IMG/VR virus record: IMGVR_UViG_3300005663_000028
Coordinates: 64,001-128,000 of that record
DNA: 64,000 nt
Strand: one strand, 5' to 3'
DNA from: a virus
In this document: positions 15,467-25,873 of the stretch, one piece after another
Layout: every line of letters starts with the position of its first letter
Position numbering within the stretch: the stretch's first letter is position 1
The notes under the pieces: generated by a model
The model's database searches: none
Told to the model about the DNA's origin: nothing
Seen by the model: only the letters and a program-made list of their open reading frames with translations
Program-made: the position numbers and the translations under genes

Positions 15467-17301
15467 TGTCTCTTATAAGAAACAGTGATGTTTTATGGTA
15501 TCATCCCTTGGATGATTTCACTGAATACATTAAGGATCATGTTTGGGATTTTTCTACAGGAAACGTGTTGTTTTCTGGAGGCATTATTCTTAGCGGATAC
15601 ACTAGAGATTCTACCTCTTTAACTGAAACCTCTTTGCTGGAAGACCTTGCTGGTGCGGGTTATACTGATATAGATGGAGGAACTTCTCTGACAATTTGTT
15701 TTTGGGCTAGCGGTTTTTATGAGAATAACAGCTACACCAGGTCTATAACTCCAGGGTGGACAAGTGCGAATATTACAAAGAATGGTGTAGGTCTCTGGAA
15801 GTCTAATAGCAATGTTTTAAGCGTTAGGTTAAGAAGAAACAACTTTGAGGTTTCCAACTTAACCGTACCCATTAAGCCAACAGATAGTGGTTGGAATTTT
15901 GCGGTACTCAACGTAACAAAAGAAGGTGTTGATTGGAGAAGTCGTGTTAGTTTTAATGGTTCTGGGTGGCAAGACCTGGGGACCGGTGAGAGCAACGCAG
16001 CATTCAGTAGTAATTCAAGAATGAAACTAGAGATGAACGATACTTCGGATGAAAGATTTGTCATAGACGAAGTGGTGACATGGAAAGATACTGATCTTTT
16101 TACTAGTACCGAATTATCCAATCTATATGAATTGGCCAACACATATGATCTATCCATGGATCAATATACTAATACATTCGGAACTCCCATCAGTAGTGGT
16201 ATAAGTTGTTTCATACACGGCTCAGCACAAGTGGAGGGAAGTGCGACGTTATTTATATCTGCACAGACTGTAAATCAATCAGCTAATTTATCGATCGAAG
16301 GTCATGTGCATACTTCAGGAAATAGTAGTCTATACATCGAGGGTGGACTCAGGACTTCCAGTCAGTCATCGACTTTGTGGATCAAGGGTCGTGAACAGAT
16401 TTCAGGAAATAGTACCCTGTTCATCGAAGGGGCTGCCATCCCAGTGTCGGGTAGTGCCGATCTATTTATGCACGGCTTGACAATCACTTCGGGGTCTGCT
16501 AGTTTGTACATAACAGGCCCTGTTCTGTCTAGCGACAATGCCGATTGTTTTATTAATGGTTTTGCGATAGCTTCAGGTACTAGTACGCTGTATATAAAGG
16601 GACAATTCCCAAACATAGATGCCATCGTCTCTGTTGTTGCGAATACGCCTACAATTAACGCTAACTTATTCATATACGGTACTCCTTCTGGTGAAAGTCA
16701 GACATTTTTTACCAACAACAATGCTACTCTTTTTATTAAGGACGATGGGAGTGACACTACTGTTGATGTTTCTGTATCATCTTTTGTTAAAGTGGCAGAT
16801 GCCATTGCCGTTGAGATTAGTGGAACATGGTCATCTTTTGTAAAGGTTGGGAATATCTCTAGTCTCAGCACTGATTTTTACATTAATGCCCATGCTTCCG
16901 GAAGCAATCCACATGGCGTTCAAGTGTCAACTTCTGAGACTTTGTTTGTCGCAGGGTTTGGTAATACATTAGATGATGGTTATTTTGTTTCTATCTTAGA
17001 TGTTGATGTTTTTACCAGGGTACATTTGGGTTCGAATGGATCATTAGATATGTATGTTTCTGGAGTATTAGGAGTTGTTCAGACCTCTGCCGAATCAAAT
17101 TTGTATACGTTTGGTATTCAAGGTATTCAATCGGGGTCTAAATCGCTATATGTCATAGGAAATAACATCTATGACGACTCATTTAGTCTTTTTGTATTCG
17201 GTATTCAAGGTGTGTTTTCAGGAAGTGTGCCGTTATATCTTGAGGTAACTAATATAGGCTTATTCGATCAAGATACAACATTGTACGCCCATGGGTTCTA
17301 A
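15466..17301 (+). CDS. Minor tail protein: N-terminal LamG/ConA-like domain plus ~14-15-aa beta repeats
   Basis: T.CFW...GWNFAVL...IDEVVTW....S.ELSNLY LamG-like motifs; repeated S.[LC][FYW]I.G units. Confidence 0.65.
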   Translation: MSLIRNSDVLWYHPLDDFTEYIKDHVWDFSTGNVLFSGGIILSGYTRDSTSLTETSLLEDLAGAGYTDIDGGTSLTICFWASGFYENNSYTRSITPGWTSANITKNGVGLWKSNSNVLSVRLRRNNFEVSNLTVPIKPTDSGWNFAVLNVTKEGVDWRSRVSFNGSGWQDLGTGESNAAFSSNSRMKLEMNDTSDERFVIDEVVTWKDTDLFTSTELSNLYELANTYDLSMDQYTNTFGTPISSGISCFIHGSAQVEGSATLFISAQTVNQSANLSIEGHVHTSGNSSLYIEGGLRTSSQSSTLWIKGREQISGNSTLFIEGAAIPVSGSADLFMHGLTITSGSASLYITGPVLSSDNADCFINGFAIASGTSTLYIKGQFPNIDAIVSVVANTPTINANLFIYGTPSGESQTFFTNNNATLFIKDDGSDTTVDVSVSSFVKVADAIAVEISGTWSSFVKVGNISSLSTDFYINAHASGSNPHGVQVSTSETLFVAGFGNTLDDGYFVSILDVDVFTRVHLGSNGSLDMYVSGVLGVVQTSAESNLYTFGIQGIQSGSKSLYVIGNNIYDDSFSLFVFGIQGVFSGSVPLYLEVTNIGLFDQDTTLYAHGF

Positions 17302-17303
17302 AA

Positions 17304-18017
17304 ATGAAAAATAAACAATGTAAAAGATGGACTGATATGGAGATTCAAATATTAAAAATTCATTACCCTAATGGTGGGATAAAGGATTGTACTGAGAGGC
17401 TCAGCAGAACTGCTAATGCCATCAAAATTAAAGCTATGCAATTGGGAGTATCAACATATGGCATTCAGGGATGTAAAAAGAGATTGGTGATAGAGGAACT
17501 TGATAACAACAAAGTTATTGCTACTTGTCCTACACATGGGGATGTTTATCACTACAGCAAGAACCAAAGATTTAGATGTATTAAATGTGAGGCTGATAAT
17601 TTCAGTAAATGGTCTAAGAAGTCATCATCTAAAACAAAAATGAGAGCATCACGGAGAATAAGAATGCGAAAACCAATTAAAATGTACGAGAATAGATTGA
17701 GAAGCTCTTTGCATCATTGTTTTGTCGGCCATGTTAGCTTCACGAAACACCTACCATATTCAAGTCAGGAATTGCACAATCATTTAGAGTCCATAAAACT
17801 GAAACAGAACAATAAGTGTCCAATGTGTAGCGATGATTATAACAATACTGGATTCGATATTGATCATATTATCCCAACATCCTCTGCTACGAATGATTGG
17901 GATATGTTGGAATTGTTCAGTTTGAAAAATTTATCACTACTATGTCCCAGATGTAATAGATTTGTTAAGAGAGACAAGATGCCACTTGATCTGAAAGAGG
18001 TGAATAAATGTCAGTAA
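17304..18017 (+). CDS. HNH endonuclease inserted in the tail operon
   Basis: N-terminal WT..E..ILK..Y helix motif; CPMC...DIDHIIP...NL.LLCPRCN. Confidence 0.85.
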   Translation: MKNKQCKRWTDMEIQILKIHYPNGGIKDCTERLSRTANAIKIKAMQLGVSTYGIQGCKKRLVIEELDNNKVIATCPTHGDVYHYSKNQRFRCIKCEADNFSKWSKKSSSKTKMRASRRIRMRKPIKMYENRLRSSLHHCFVGHVSFTKHLPYSSQELHNHLESIKLKQNNKCPMCSDDYNNTGFDIDHIIPTSSATNDWDMLELFSLKNLSLLCPRCNRFVKRDKMPLDLKEVNKCQ

Positions 18018-19675
18018 TTTATACTAGATCAGATAGCATAGGTCGCAAGATTGTGCCTGCTCCATTAGTAACCATGAACAAAAGTTATGACACCGATGGG
18101 GATGGTACTAAGCGGGGTTCTGCCTACAAGATTACACTCACCGGTACCCTTATACCGTTTAGAGGCTCTCCAAGTGGATCATATTCATCATTAAATCAAG
18201 CCTTCTGGACTTTAAGTGGTGATCCGCCAGACGAAACATATGAGGAGAATAACGAAGATTTCAATCATATTCTTCGTAAACAAGAAGCTCTTAGGTGGTT
18301 ATTCAGTGAAGATGGTGGAGTGTTGGAGTGGCAACCATCTAATGGTCAACCGCCTATTAAATGTTACCCAAGAGTTGTGTCTATCAATTTCCCAGAAGGG
18401 CAGTGGGCAGATAGGGGTGAGTATACTGTTGAACTGGAAGCACCGTGGGTGTATATTAATGGTTCTGTTGAACTTGAAGATGATACGTCTACTGACTTGA
18501 TCTCTTCTTCTTCTGAAACATGGTCATTTGAAGATATTACTGGCAGAGAGAATAAACAATACAGAGTAACTCACGAAGTTTCCGCCGATGGGAAATTAGG
18601 TTATGATGGTGCTGGATCGCTGTATGAAAATAAAAATGCATGGGAACATGCCAAAGATTTTGTAGATACGAGAGTTAGTGGTTCTATTAATTCTGATACT
18701 ATGTTTGCCGCTCTCGGTGCTTCCGATAAGATTGCGGGTAGTTACAGCAATGTCGTTAATATAGATCAAGCTGGGGGTACATATGGAGTAACAGAAGAGT
18801 GGCTAGTATCAGACCTGAGTACCTATGAAGAACGACAGTTCACTGTTGATTATGACCAAAGCCAGGATGAATATAGCGTAACATATCAGGGCAAAATAGA
18901 AGGTGTTTCTTTAGATAGTCTTGCTGGGAATGTGTCTGATCTTAATCAGGCGAAAGCTGCTGTACCAAATGTTGAAACGGCACGTATAACGGCTATATCG
19001 TATGTTGGTTCTTTTATTGGCGATAAGACATTACCCATTTCTCCAGATAAGCGAACCTTCTCATTAAATCAACAGGATGGTACTGTAGACTTCACATATA
19101 TATGGAATACATCAGACAGTAGTATAGTATTTATCACAGATACCGCCCAACATTCTTACTCATTAGATAATTCTCTTAATACATTAACATTCTCACAGAA
19201 TATAGAGGGTAAAGGTGAAACCTCAACAGTAAGATTAGCTAATGCAAAAAGTGCGGTTTACAGCAGTAGCGAGGCTTTAGGTTTAGCTAAGACGCTTGCG
19301 GGTACTAGTCTGAGCTACAATTTAGTTTCTATTGTAAAAGCTTTTGATGAGCGACAAGGAACAGTAAGGTCTACTTGGACATGGACAGACAAGGATGCTC
19401 ATAGCACAGAGATCAGTATCCAGACACAGGAAGCGGTTGCGGTTGTTGTAACAATCCCTATTCCTGGTCGTGCTACTGGCCCTATTATTCAAAACATGGG
19501 AACAAAAAATTCAGAAATAATTACCGTAACAATAAGGTCTAAAAGAAATACTAGTCAACCAACCTTAGCAACAGAACCATACGGAGAAAGTGGTACCATT
19601 ATTGGTGATTCAAATACGTGGAATCCTCAAACTGGCGCAGCCGAAAGAACCACACGTTTTTTAAAGGAGACATAA
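18008..19675 (+). CDS. Tail protein (distal tail/hub-like)
   Basis: 555 aa, Ser/Thr-rich beta protein downstream of tape measure. Confidence 0.6.
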   Translation: MSVIYTRSDSIGRKIVPAPLVTMNKSYDTDGDGTKRGSAYKITLTGTLIPFRGSPSGSYSSLNQAFWTLSGDPPDETYEENNEDFNHILRKQEALRWLFSEDGGVLEWQPSNGQPPIKCYPRVVSINFPEGQWADRGEYTVELEAPWVYINGSVELEDDTSTDLISSSSETWSFEDITGRENKQYRVTHEVSADGKLGYDGAGSLYENKNAWEHAKDFVDTRVSGSINSDTMFAALGASDKIAGSYSNVVNIDQAGGTYGVTEEWLVSDLSTYEERQFTVDYDQSQDEYSVTYQGKIEGVSLDSLAGNVSDLNQAKAAVPNVETARITAISYVGSFIGDKTLPISPDKRTFSLNQQDGTVDFTYIWNTSDSSIVFITDTAQHSYSLDNSLNTLTFSQNIEGKGETSTVRLANAKSAVYSSSEALGLAKTLAGTSLSYNLVSIVKAFDERQGTVRSTWTWTDKDAHSTEISIQTQEAVAVVVTIPIPGRATGPIIQNMGTKNSEIITVTIRSKRNTSQPTLATEPYGESGTIIGDSNTWNPQTGAAERTTRFLKET

Positions 19676-22429
19676 ATGACTGCGACACCTGTTACACCTT
19701 ATTTATTATTCAATGGTTCGATTAGAACCATAAATACAGCATTGGGTATCAATCAGAATCCTACAGTTGTTACGACTACTGTCGTAGAAGATTCTACCCC
19801 CGTGTCTGTGACCAATAGACAGTTTGTTCACATATCCATTGGTAAATTTGATTTTCGTGGAATAGTTCAATCCTGGTCACAGGCTGTCACTGACATTGCT
19901 GGTACTGGAATCTATAATATTCGTATTACCGACACCAAACCTGTCCTTGACGCTGCTCAGGTGATAATCGGTTCTTCTTTCAACGAAGCTAGAACACAAG
20001 CCTATGCTTATGGAGATAATGTTATTCCTATAGTATTCCAAACAGCGTCTCAGAAAAATGATGGAATTCCATTCAGTGTCTTGCAAACCGCCATAGAAGG
20101 TGCGCAAATCAAGTATGGAAGCGAAGTATATACAGTTAATTTCAATTTCACTCTTCCCAATAGGGGTAGTAGTGTTGAGTATTCGCTTAAAAGCAGAGCT
20201 ATGTCTCTTCTTGAGTTGATATCCCAGGCAGCTAACGACAATGGACTCGATTGGTATGTAACGACATCTGCTAACAAGGTTATTTCTGTCAATATGTTCG
20301 GAAGAACCAATGTTACATCTATAACCATAGATCAACTAGCAGCATTGCACCAAGATGCAGTTATCCGCAGGCACCAAGGTCAAGAAAATAGAGATGCAAT
20401 TCAAAAAGTGGTTTTGACAGGTGGATACCGTACTTACTTACACAAGGTCGACGGTTCTTTATGGGAACAGTTTTGGGGTTTCGATGAATATGGACGTAAA
20501 AGAAGAGAACCTCTGTATTCAGAAACGGTTATGGAACAAGTCATTAACAACGATTTCACTAGCGAAGATTATAAAGAAGAGGATGTCCAGAAGATCTTGT
20601 CTTATGCTAATGAATTCTGGGGCAGAAAATTTATAGGTTTGATCACACCGCCTACTGTAATTGGTTCTGACGGACGTTCTTGGGTAACGCCAACGAGTGC
20701 TGCATGGTATGAATCCGATGATAGTCCCTTAGATTATGACGACACAGATTTGCTTGACAGAGATGGTCAATTAAAGTTCCAAACGGAAGATGGTCGATGG
20801 GTTACATTTGCTGCTTTGCCTTTGCCGGGGACAAGATACTCTACAAAGAATGTTAAATTGAATTATCAATGGGATGATGAACTATTCTCCAATCCGAATA
20901 GTCACATAGACAAGAATGGTAATATTTCCATTAAAGCGTCTTCAGAAATTATAGATGGATTTGATGAGATGGAATATTGGTTAGAACAATTTATCATCTA
21001 TCTGCTTAATCTAGATGATGATGAATTTATCAGTCTTGCATGGGCCTTGTCGCAATTCTTTTTGTTAAATCCTGAGATATCTATTGTTGTTCGCTTAGAT
21101 TTTCTACGACTAATCAATTCCAATGCAGATACGATTATTGCTATTGCTGAGGGAGATTTAATATATACAGATGCTGTCAAGAACAGCATTCAAGAAGGAT
21201 TTAGTGATCAATATTTTGTACTTACACTAGCAACCCCACTACGCGTTAGAACAATAACTAAAGAAACTATCATCAATGAAACCACAGGTTTCAATGAACA
21301 ATCAGATGTTATCACTAAAACAAGACTTACAAATATAGAAAATGCATTTTTGGCATTGCTAGACCAAAGAGAGACGTATGGACCATGGCAAAATCGACAG
21401 AATTCTCAAGGAAGAACAGAGGTAATAATAGATTCTTCTCTTACCCCATGGAGCTTTGGTTTTAGAGGTATTATTAATTCTACTGGTATAGATATAATGA
21501 ATGAAGTAGCCCTAGGCAGAATTAAAACTGTTTTGGATATATCTCTGGATGCAGCTACAGCAGAGCTTGAAGTAGCTGGGTTACCGGCGGTAAATATAGG
21601 AGATCAGCTACAAACTACAGGCACTATTACTGCGATTGGTATCGTTTTCGGTATCAACGGGATTAAAACAACCTATAGATCGCTGCAACATACTACTGAG
21701 TTGTCTAAATATTTGAGACAACAACAACGACTATTAGATAAGCTTCGTCGCCAAGCTGCTGAGTTCAATAATACTATGCAACCAATACAGGATATTTGGG
21801 AAACAGACAGAGTTATTAGAACGCTCAAAAAAGAATTGCCAGAACCTCCTGTCGATGTGAGTACTGAGGGAAATAGGAGACAGGCGGGAACTTTACTGGG
21901 CAGAATTGAGTCCAGAGTTAGTAACACAGAACCTAAATATAATATCACGCCTATGGTGTGGGTTGCAGATATTTTTGGAGAACTAACACTAGTCAGAGAC
22001 CCAAAGGTTTTTGGGATATATACAAGAGTAGTAAACATGAGTGAAAAGCAAACTTCGGCAGGCAGGCTTTTGGTTGGTACAGACGTACAGGTTAGAGAAT
22101 TTTTTACTACAGATGGTGGAATTACATCATATTACATGGAAGTATCTGCGCCACCTCCACCAAGTTTTTCAGCTACGATCAATCAGGTTGTAAGTAATTC
22201 CCAGCCAAGATATAAGGTAACACCGATATCTAATTCGGTGCAACAATTACACCTACTGGCAAGTGAATTAAATGCTCTTAACTCTGTGCTCAACATAGGA
22301 GAACCAGAAAATTTTACGGGGTACTTGAGTATCAATTCACAAGTAACCATTAATTGGAATGAAAACGATAATGGATCGTACACACCTTTTATTGAGCAAC
22401 AAGTGAACTTCTTTAAGCCACTTGATTAA
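19676..22429 (+). CDS. Large tail-tip/baseplate hub protein
   Basis: 917 aa, in the tail operon; N-terminal hub-like alternating beta pattern. Confidence 0.6.
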   Translation: MTATPVTPYLLFNGSIRTINTALGINQNPTVVTTTVVEDSTPVSVTNRQFVHISIGKFDFRGIVQSWSQAVTDIAGTGIYNIRITDTKPVLDAAQVIIGSSFNEARTQAYAYGDNVIPIVFQTASQKNDGIPFSVLQTAIEGAQIKYGSEVYTVNFNFTLPNRGSSVEYSLKSRAMSLLELISQAANDNGLDWYVTTSANKVISVNMFGRTNVTSITIDQLAALHQDAVIRRHQGQENRDAIQKVVLTGGYRTYLHKVDGSLWEQFWGFDEYGRKRREPLYSETVMEQVINNDFTSEDYKEEDVQKILSYANEFWGRKFIGLITPPTVIGSDGRSWVTPTSAAWYESDDSPLDYDDTDLLDRDGQLKFQTEDGRWVTFAALPLPGTRYSTKNVKLNYQWDDELFSNPNSHIDKNGNISIKASSEIIDGFDEMEYWLEQFIIYLLNLDDDEFISLAWALSQFFLLNPEISIVVRLDFLRLINSNADTIIAIAEGDLIYTDAVKNSIQEGFSDQYFVLTLATPLRVRTITKETIINETTGFNEQSDVITKTRLTNIENAFLALLDQRETYGPWQNRQNSQGRTEVIIDSSLTPWSFGFRGIINSTGIDIMNEVALGRIKTVLDISLDAATAELEVAGLPAVNIGDQLQTTGTITAIGIVFGINGIKTTYRSLQHTTELSKYLRQQQRLLDKLRRQAAEFNNTMQPIQDIWETDRVIRTLKKELPEPPVDVSTEGNRRQAGTLLGRIESRVSNTEPKYNITPMVWVADIFGELTLVRDPKVFGIYTRVVNMSEKQTSAGRLLVGTDVQVREFFTTDGGITSYYMEVSAPPPPSFSATINQVVSNSQPRYKVTPISNSVQQLHLLASELNALNSVLNIGEPENFTGYLSINSQVTINWNENDNGSYTPFIEQQVNFFKPLD

Positions 22430-22440
22430 AGGAATTTGAC

Positions 22441-23544
22441 ATGGCAAGAGTAGGACCAAATCAAGACATCAATGATCCGACAACCATAATAGATGTTGCC
22501 TATCAGTATCAACAACAGAGTAATGATTTTGGTGACTTGTTGGCACAATCATTGTCGCAAAATCCCAATGCAACTGGTGATCCTATAGTTGATATCGTTA
22601 TTCCACTTAGGATGGAAGATGGTTCTACACAATTTATTAGGGGGGTAGATATCAGTTTTTCTGATAATGTGCATTCATATGACACAACATTGGTTGCTAG
22701 TGCTAATATACTTACATATATTGATCTAGCTGAGCGATTCAGAGAGTACTGGAATACATTGAACAATGTCGTTGATCAGGTAAATGACTTTGATTATACG
22801 ATAGAAACAACCATAGACCCAATAGGTCCAACAGTCAGTCACCCAGGAACTGGACAAACAAGAACCCATGGTTCTCTTGGTGGTACGGAGTATAATGAGT
22901 ATTCTTATACATATTCTCCTTTAGTATCTTTATCAGAACCTACATGGCACGGTTTCGGACCTACGGATTATAATCAAATAACATATCCAGAACTTTTGAG
23001 TCAACTATCTATTATTAATTTAACTAGAAGTTTGTCTTCCCTGATAACGTGGGAAACAAATTATTGGTATGATAAATTTAGTGACTCGTCTGGTAGTTTA
23101 AGAAGTGGGAGTGCAAGGTTTACTAAACACGAACAATATGCACCTCCAATTTCTCAGCAATATATACAATTTTATAACTCTGGAGATATAACCATTACTA
23201 TTTCTATTTCCATGAGTATTGTTTCTACGTTCGATACTCGCTTTGCTGCTAGTATTGCTTCTTGGGCCGAAATAGATGATCTAAATGTTTATCCAAATCC
23301 ATTTGCAGGAACCAAATCTTTATTATCTTCATATATTATCCAGAGTCAAGAATTATTATCTCCTGGTGGTACGATATCTCTTAGCGATACAAGAGATGTA
23401 GATATTCCTCCTGGTAAATCCGCTTTTGTAGGGTGTTTCGGGAGTAGTGGTACTACTTTTGGAGGGGTAGCAACTGTTGGTACAATAAGCGTTTCACTGA
23501 CATTAGAGGATGAAACAATAACCCATGCAGTAAGCGTGGTCTAG
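22441..23544 (+). CDS. Putative tail/virion protein
   Basis: 367 aa, Ser/Thr-rich, end of the tail-tip cluster. Confidence 0.55.
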   Translation: MARVGPNQDINDPTTIIDVAYQYQQQSNDFGDLLAQSLSQNPNATGDPIVDIVIPLRMEDGSTQFIRGVDISFSDNVHSYDTTLVASANILTYIDLAERFREYWNTLNNVVDQVNDFDYTIETTIDPIGPTVSHPGTGQTRTHGSLGGTEYNEYSYTYSPLVSLSEPTWHGFGPTDYNQITYPELLSQLSIINLTRSLSSLITWETNYWYDKFSDSSGSLRSGSARFTKHEQYAPPISQQYIQFYNSGDITITISISMSIVSTFDTRFAASIASWAEIDDLNVYPNPFAGTKSLLSSYIIQSQELLSPGGTISLSDTRDVDIPPGKSAFVGCFGSSGTTFGGVATVGTISVSLTLEDETITHAVSVV

Positions 23545-23547
23545 AAA

Positions 23548-23557
23548 TGGTGTATAA
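23548..23557 (+). promoter_or_regulatory. TGGTGTATAA motif (copy 3)
   Basis: 25 nt upstream of ATG 23582. Confidence 0.7.
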
Positions 23558-23581
23558 ACAAGTGAATGGAAGGAGTGAACA

Positions 23582-24196
23582 ATGTCAACAATTAATGTAT
23601 ATGTAGCCGAGACCGATGTCAAAATAGATATAGGTGAAGCTCTGGGATTCTATGGGGGTGCAGGATTCGGTAGTCCCTTATCTCTGAATGAAGCCAACGG
23701 ACGCACTTTTATCACAGATGTTGCTGGCACTATTGCAAAAGAGGAGTGTGATAATTGCCGAAAAAACTCATCTTCAGGTGTTATTATAGGTCAGACGGGT
23801 GACGGAATCAGTTTATTGAATTTACCCAATTATTTAACAACAATAAATTTACGCTTTACACATCCAACTGCCGTTTTAATTCAAAATGCTCGCTTAATAG
23901 CCTTCGACGGGACTACCCTTACGGCTGCTCCGACAGGTCTGAACATATATGGCGCAGAAACTATCCACACCAGTAGGCTACAAACAAATACAGGTACTGG
24001 CGACTCCACATGGACTCTTATGGAAGGATCGAGTTCGTCTCTTAATCTGGTTGATTCTCCAGGTATCTCCGGTATTAGCCCTCTAGGACCAGCGAGCGCG
24101 GATACAAGACATGACTGGTACGTTGCCCTATCTGTTATTCCCACAATTCCTGGCGACCGAAATTTTAGCTTCCGTGCGGACCTCGAATATATTTAG
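23582..24196 (+). CDS. Virion structural protein, paralog A
   Basis: Shares N.RFT...AV..QN..L..FD and DTRHDWY..LS..P...G...LEY with 25150..25785. Confidence 0.65.
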   Translation: MSTINVYVAETDVKIDIGEALGFYGGAGFGSPLSLNEANGRTFITDVAGTIAKEECDNCRKNSSSGVIIGQTGDGISLLNLPNYLTTINLRFTHPTAVLIQNARLIAFDGTTLTAAPTGLNIYGAETIHTSRLQTNTGTGDSTWTLMEGSSSSLNLVDSPGISGISPLGPASADTRHDWYVALSVIPTIPGDRNFSFRADLEYI

Positions 24197-24210
24197 CAAT
24201 CAATTCTCTT

Positions 24211-24220
24211 TGGTGTATAA
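24211..24220 (+). promoter_or_regulatory. TGGTGTATAA motif (copy 4)
   Basis: Upstream of the HNH gene at 24281. Confidence 0.65.
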
Positions 24221-24280
24221 ACCATTAGAGGCGGTAATGAATTATCGTCCAAAGCGGTTTGACACCAAGGGATATTTGAG

Positions 24281-25078
24281 ATGGCTATAAGCAGGGAATT
24301 GTATCGGGAAAGAAGAAATAAAAATCTTTGTACCACTTGCGGGGAGCCTGCCCAAGCAAATAAAGCAATGTGTTTGAAACATGCCAAAAGAATTCTAGAA
24401 AAACAAAGAGCTACCACAAATAAAAGAATCAGTCAGGGATTATGTTCTATGTGTGGAAAAAACCCACCAGCACCAAGACGCGAAAGATGTCAACAATGTC
24501 TAGATGTTAAAAAGTTAGATTCTAAAATAAACAGGACACCACTAATACGACAAAGAATAAAAAATGGTCTTTGTACAAGTTGTGGTAAGTCAAAAACAAC
24601 ACCTAATAAGTTATGCGACGAATGCTCCCAAAAATATAACGCATCTGCAAGGCTGAAGGAGCAACAAAGAAAAATTGACAATCTTTGTACAAAATGCGGC
24701 GAAAATCCACCAAAAATCAATAGACGTAAGTGCTTGTCCTGTTTGGAGATTGATAGACAATGGAGGAATCAACCAGAAATTATCAACAAAACAAGGGGCA
24801 AGCGTCAAAAATTAAAGCAGGAGGTAATGAATAAATATGGTGGAAAATGCAATTGTTGTGGCATAAAAGAGCTTAGTTTTTTGAATATAGATCATGTGAA
24901 CGGCAATGGGAGGGCACACTTAAAAAGCATAGATAAAGAGGGCGGTCATCGATTTTATAGATGGCTATTAGCAAACGATTCCTCATCAGAATTTCAGGTT
25001 CTCTGTTTTAATTGCAATATGAGTAAACATTTGTCTGGAGGAACTTGTGCTCATAAATTAAACACTTTTGGTGTATAA
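24281..25078 (+). CDS. HNH-type endonuclease with tandem CxxC...CxxC zinc-finger repeats
   Basis: Four (G/N)LC..CG...C..C units, then YGGKCNCCG...LNIDHVNGNG...QVLCFNCN. Confidence 0.85.
   Translation: MAISRELYRERRNKNLCTTCGEPAQANKAMCLKHAKRILEKQRATTNKRISQGLCSMCGKNPPAPRRERCQQCLDVKKLDSKINRTPLIRQRIKNGLCTSCGKSKTTPNKLCDECSQKYNASARLKEQQRKIDNLCTKCGENPPKINRRKCLSCLEIDRQWRNQPEIINKTRGKRQKLKQEVMNKYGGKCNCCGIKELSFLNIDHVNGNGRAHLKSIDKEGGHRFYRWLLANDSSSEFQVLCFNCNMSKHLSGGTCAHKLNTFGV
25069..25078 (+). promoter_or_regulatory. TGGTGTATAA motif (copy 5), overlapping the HNH stop codon
   Basis: TTT GGT GTA TAA are the last codons of the HNH ORF; upstream of 25150. Confidence 0.65.
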
Positions 25079-25149
25079 TATAGTGGATAAGCTGGGTTTG
25101 AAAATCCAGACTAGGTTTGTTAGGTAAGAAATGAAAGGGGGTGTAAGGC

Positions 25150-25785
25150 ATGGCAGCAGCAATTACTTTTTATGCAGGACAAGGTGGTGGAACTTGGGTT
25201 AACCAAAACGCGTCTGGTCTGGGCTTTTTCGGTACAACTTTCGGAACTTCGGTTCAAGTCGGGCAGTATCAAGATACCAGCTATATTACTACTGGAAACG
25301 GTTCAGCAGAGGGGCCACAGGCAACCAATAACAAATTCATCACGTCGTCAGGTATTAGTGTTGATGGAGACGTGACAGTCGCACCTTCAGCAGTTGCAGT
25401 GAATTCTGGTACTATGAACATTCGTTTTACGTTTGACAGTGCCGTGAAAACTCAAAATTGTCAACTTCGTATTTTCGATCGTACTACCATCAACAATGGT
25501 GCTACGGGCGTAACTACTCAGGTTGTTCAATATGCTAATGGGGGTTCTGGAGTAACTTCTAGTGGTACCGCTGAAGCAGCGGCTAGTCACACTGGTTGGA
25601 TTGCTCCATCTGGTTCTGGAGTTACTATGGCGTTGCTCAGTAGCGCTGGTACTAGTGGTCTCAGTCCATCAGGTACGGACACCATAGATACGCGACACGA
25701 CTGGTATATCGGTCTTTCGTGTACTCCGCTGAGTATTGGGAGCAAGGAATTATTCGGTTTGTATACACAGCTGGAATATTTGTAA
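25150..25785 (+). CDS. Virion structural protein, paralog B
   Basis: Paralog of 23582..24196; Gly/Ser/Thr-rich. Confidence 0.65.
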   Translation: MAAAITFYAGQGGGTWVNQNASGLGFFGTTFGTSVQVGQYQDTSYITTGNGSAEGPQATNNKFITSSGISVDGDVTVAPSAVAVNSGTMNIRFTFDSAVKTQNCQLRIFDRTTINNGATGVTTQVVQYANGGSGVTSSGTAEAAASHTGWIAPSGSGVTMALLSSAGTSGLSPSGTDTIDTRHDWYIGLSCTPLSIGSKELFGLYTQLEYL

Positions 25786-25809
25786 AACTTTTCAGCAAAA
25801 AGGCACTTT

Positions 25810-25856
25810 GAGAGGGTGTTGATTGTCCCGACGATCATAGTTCTCTCTTTTTTTTC
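25810..25856 (+). terminator. Rho-independent terminator
   Basis: GAGAGGG...TGATTGT-CCCG-ACGATCA...TTCTCTC hairpin followed by a T tract. Confidence 0.65.
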
Positions 25857-25873
25857 TTTTTAAGGAATTTCAT

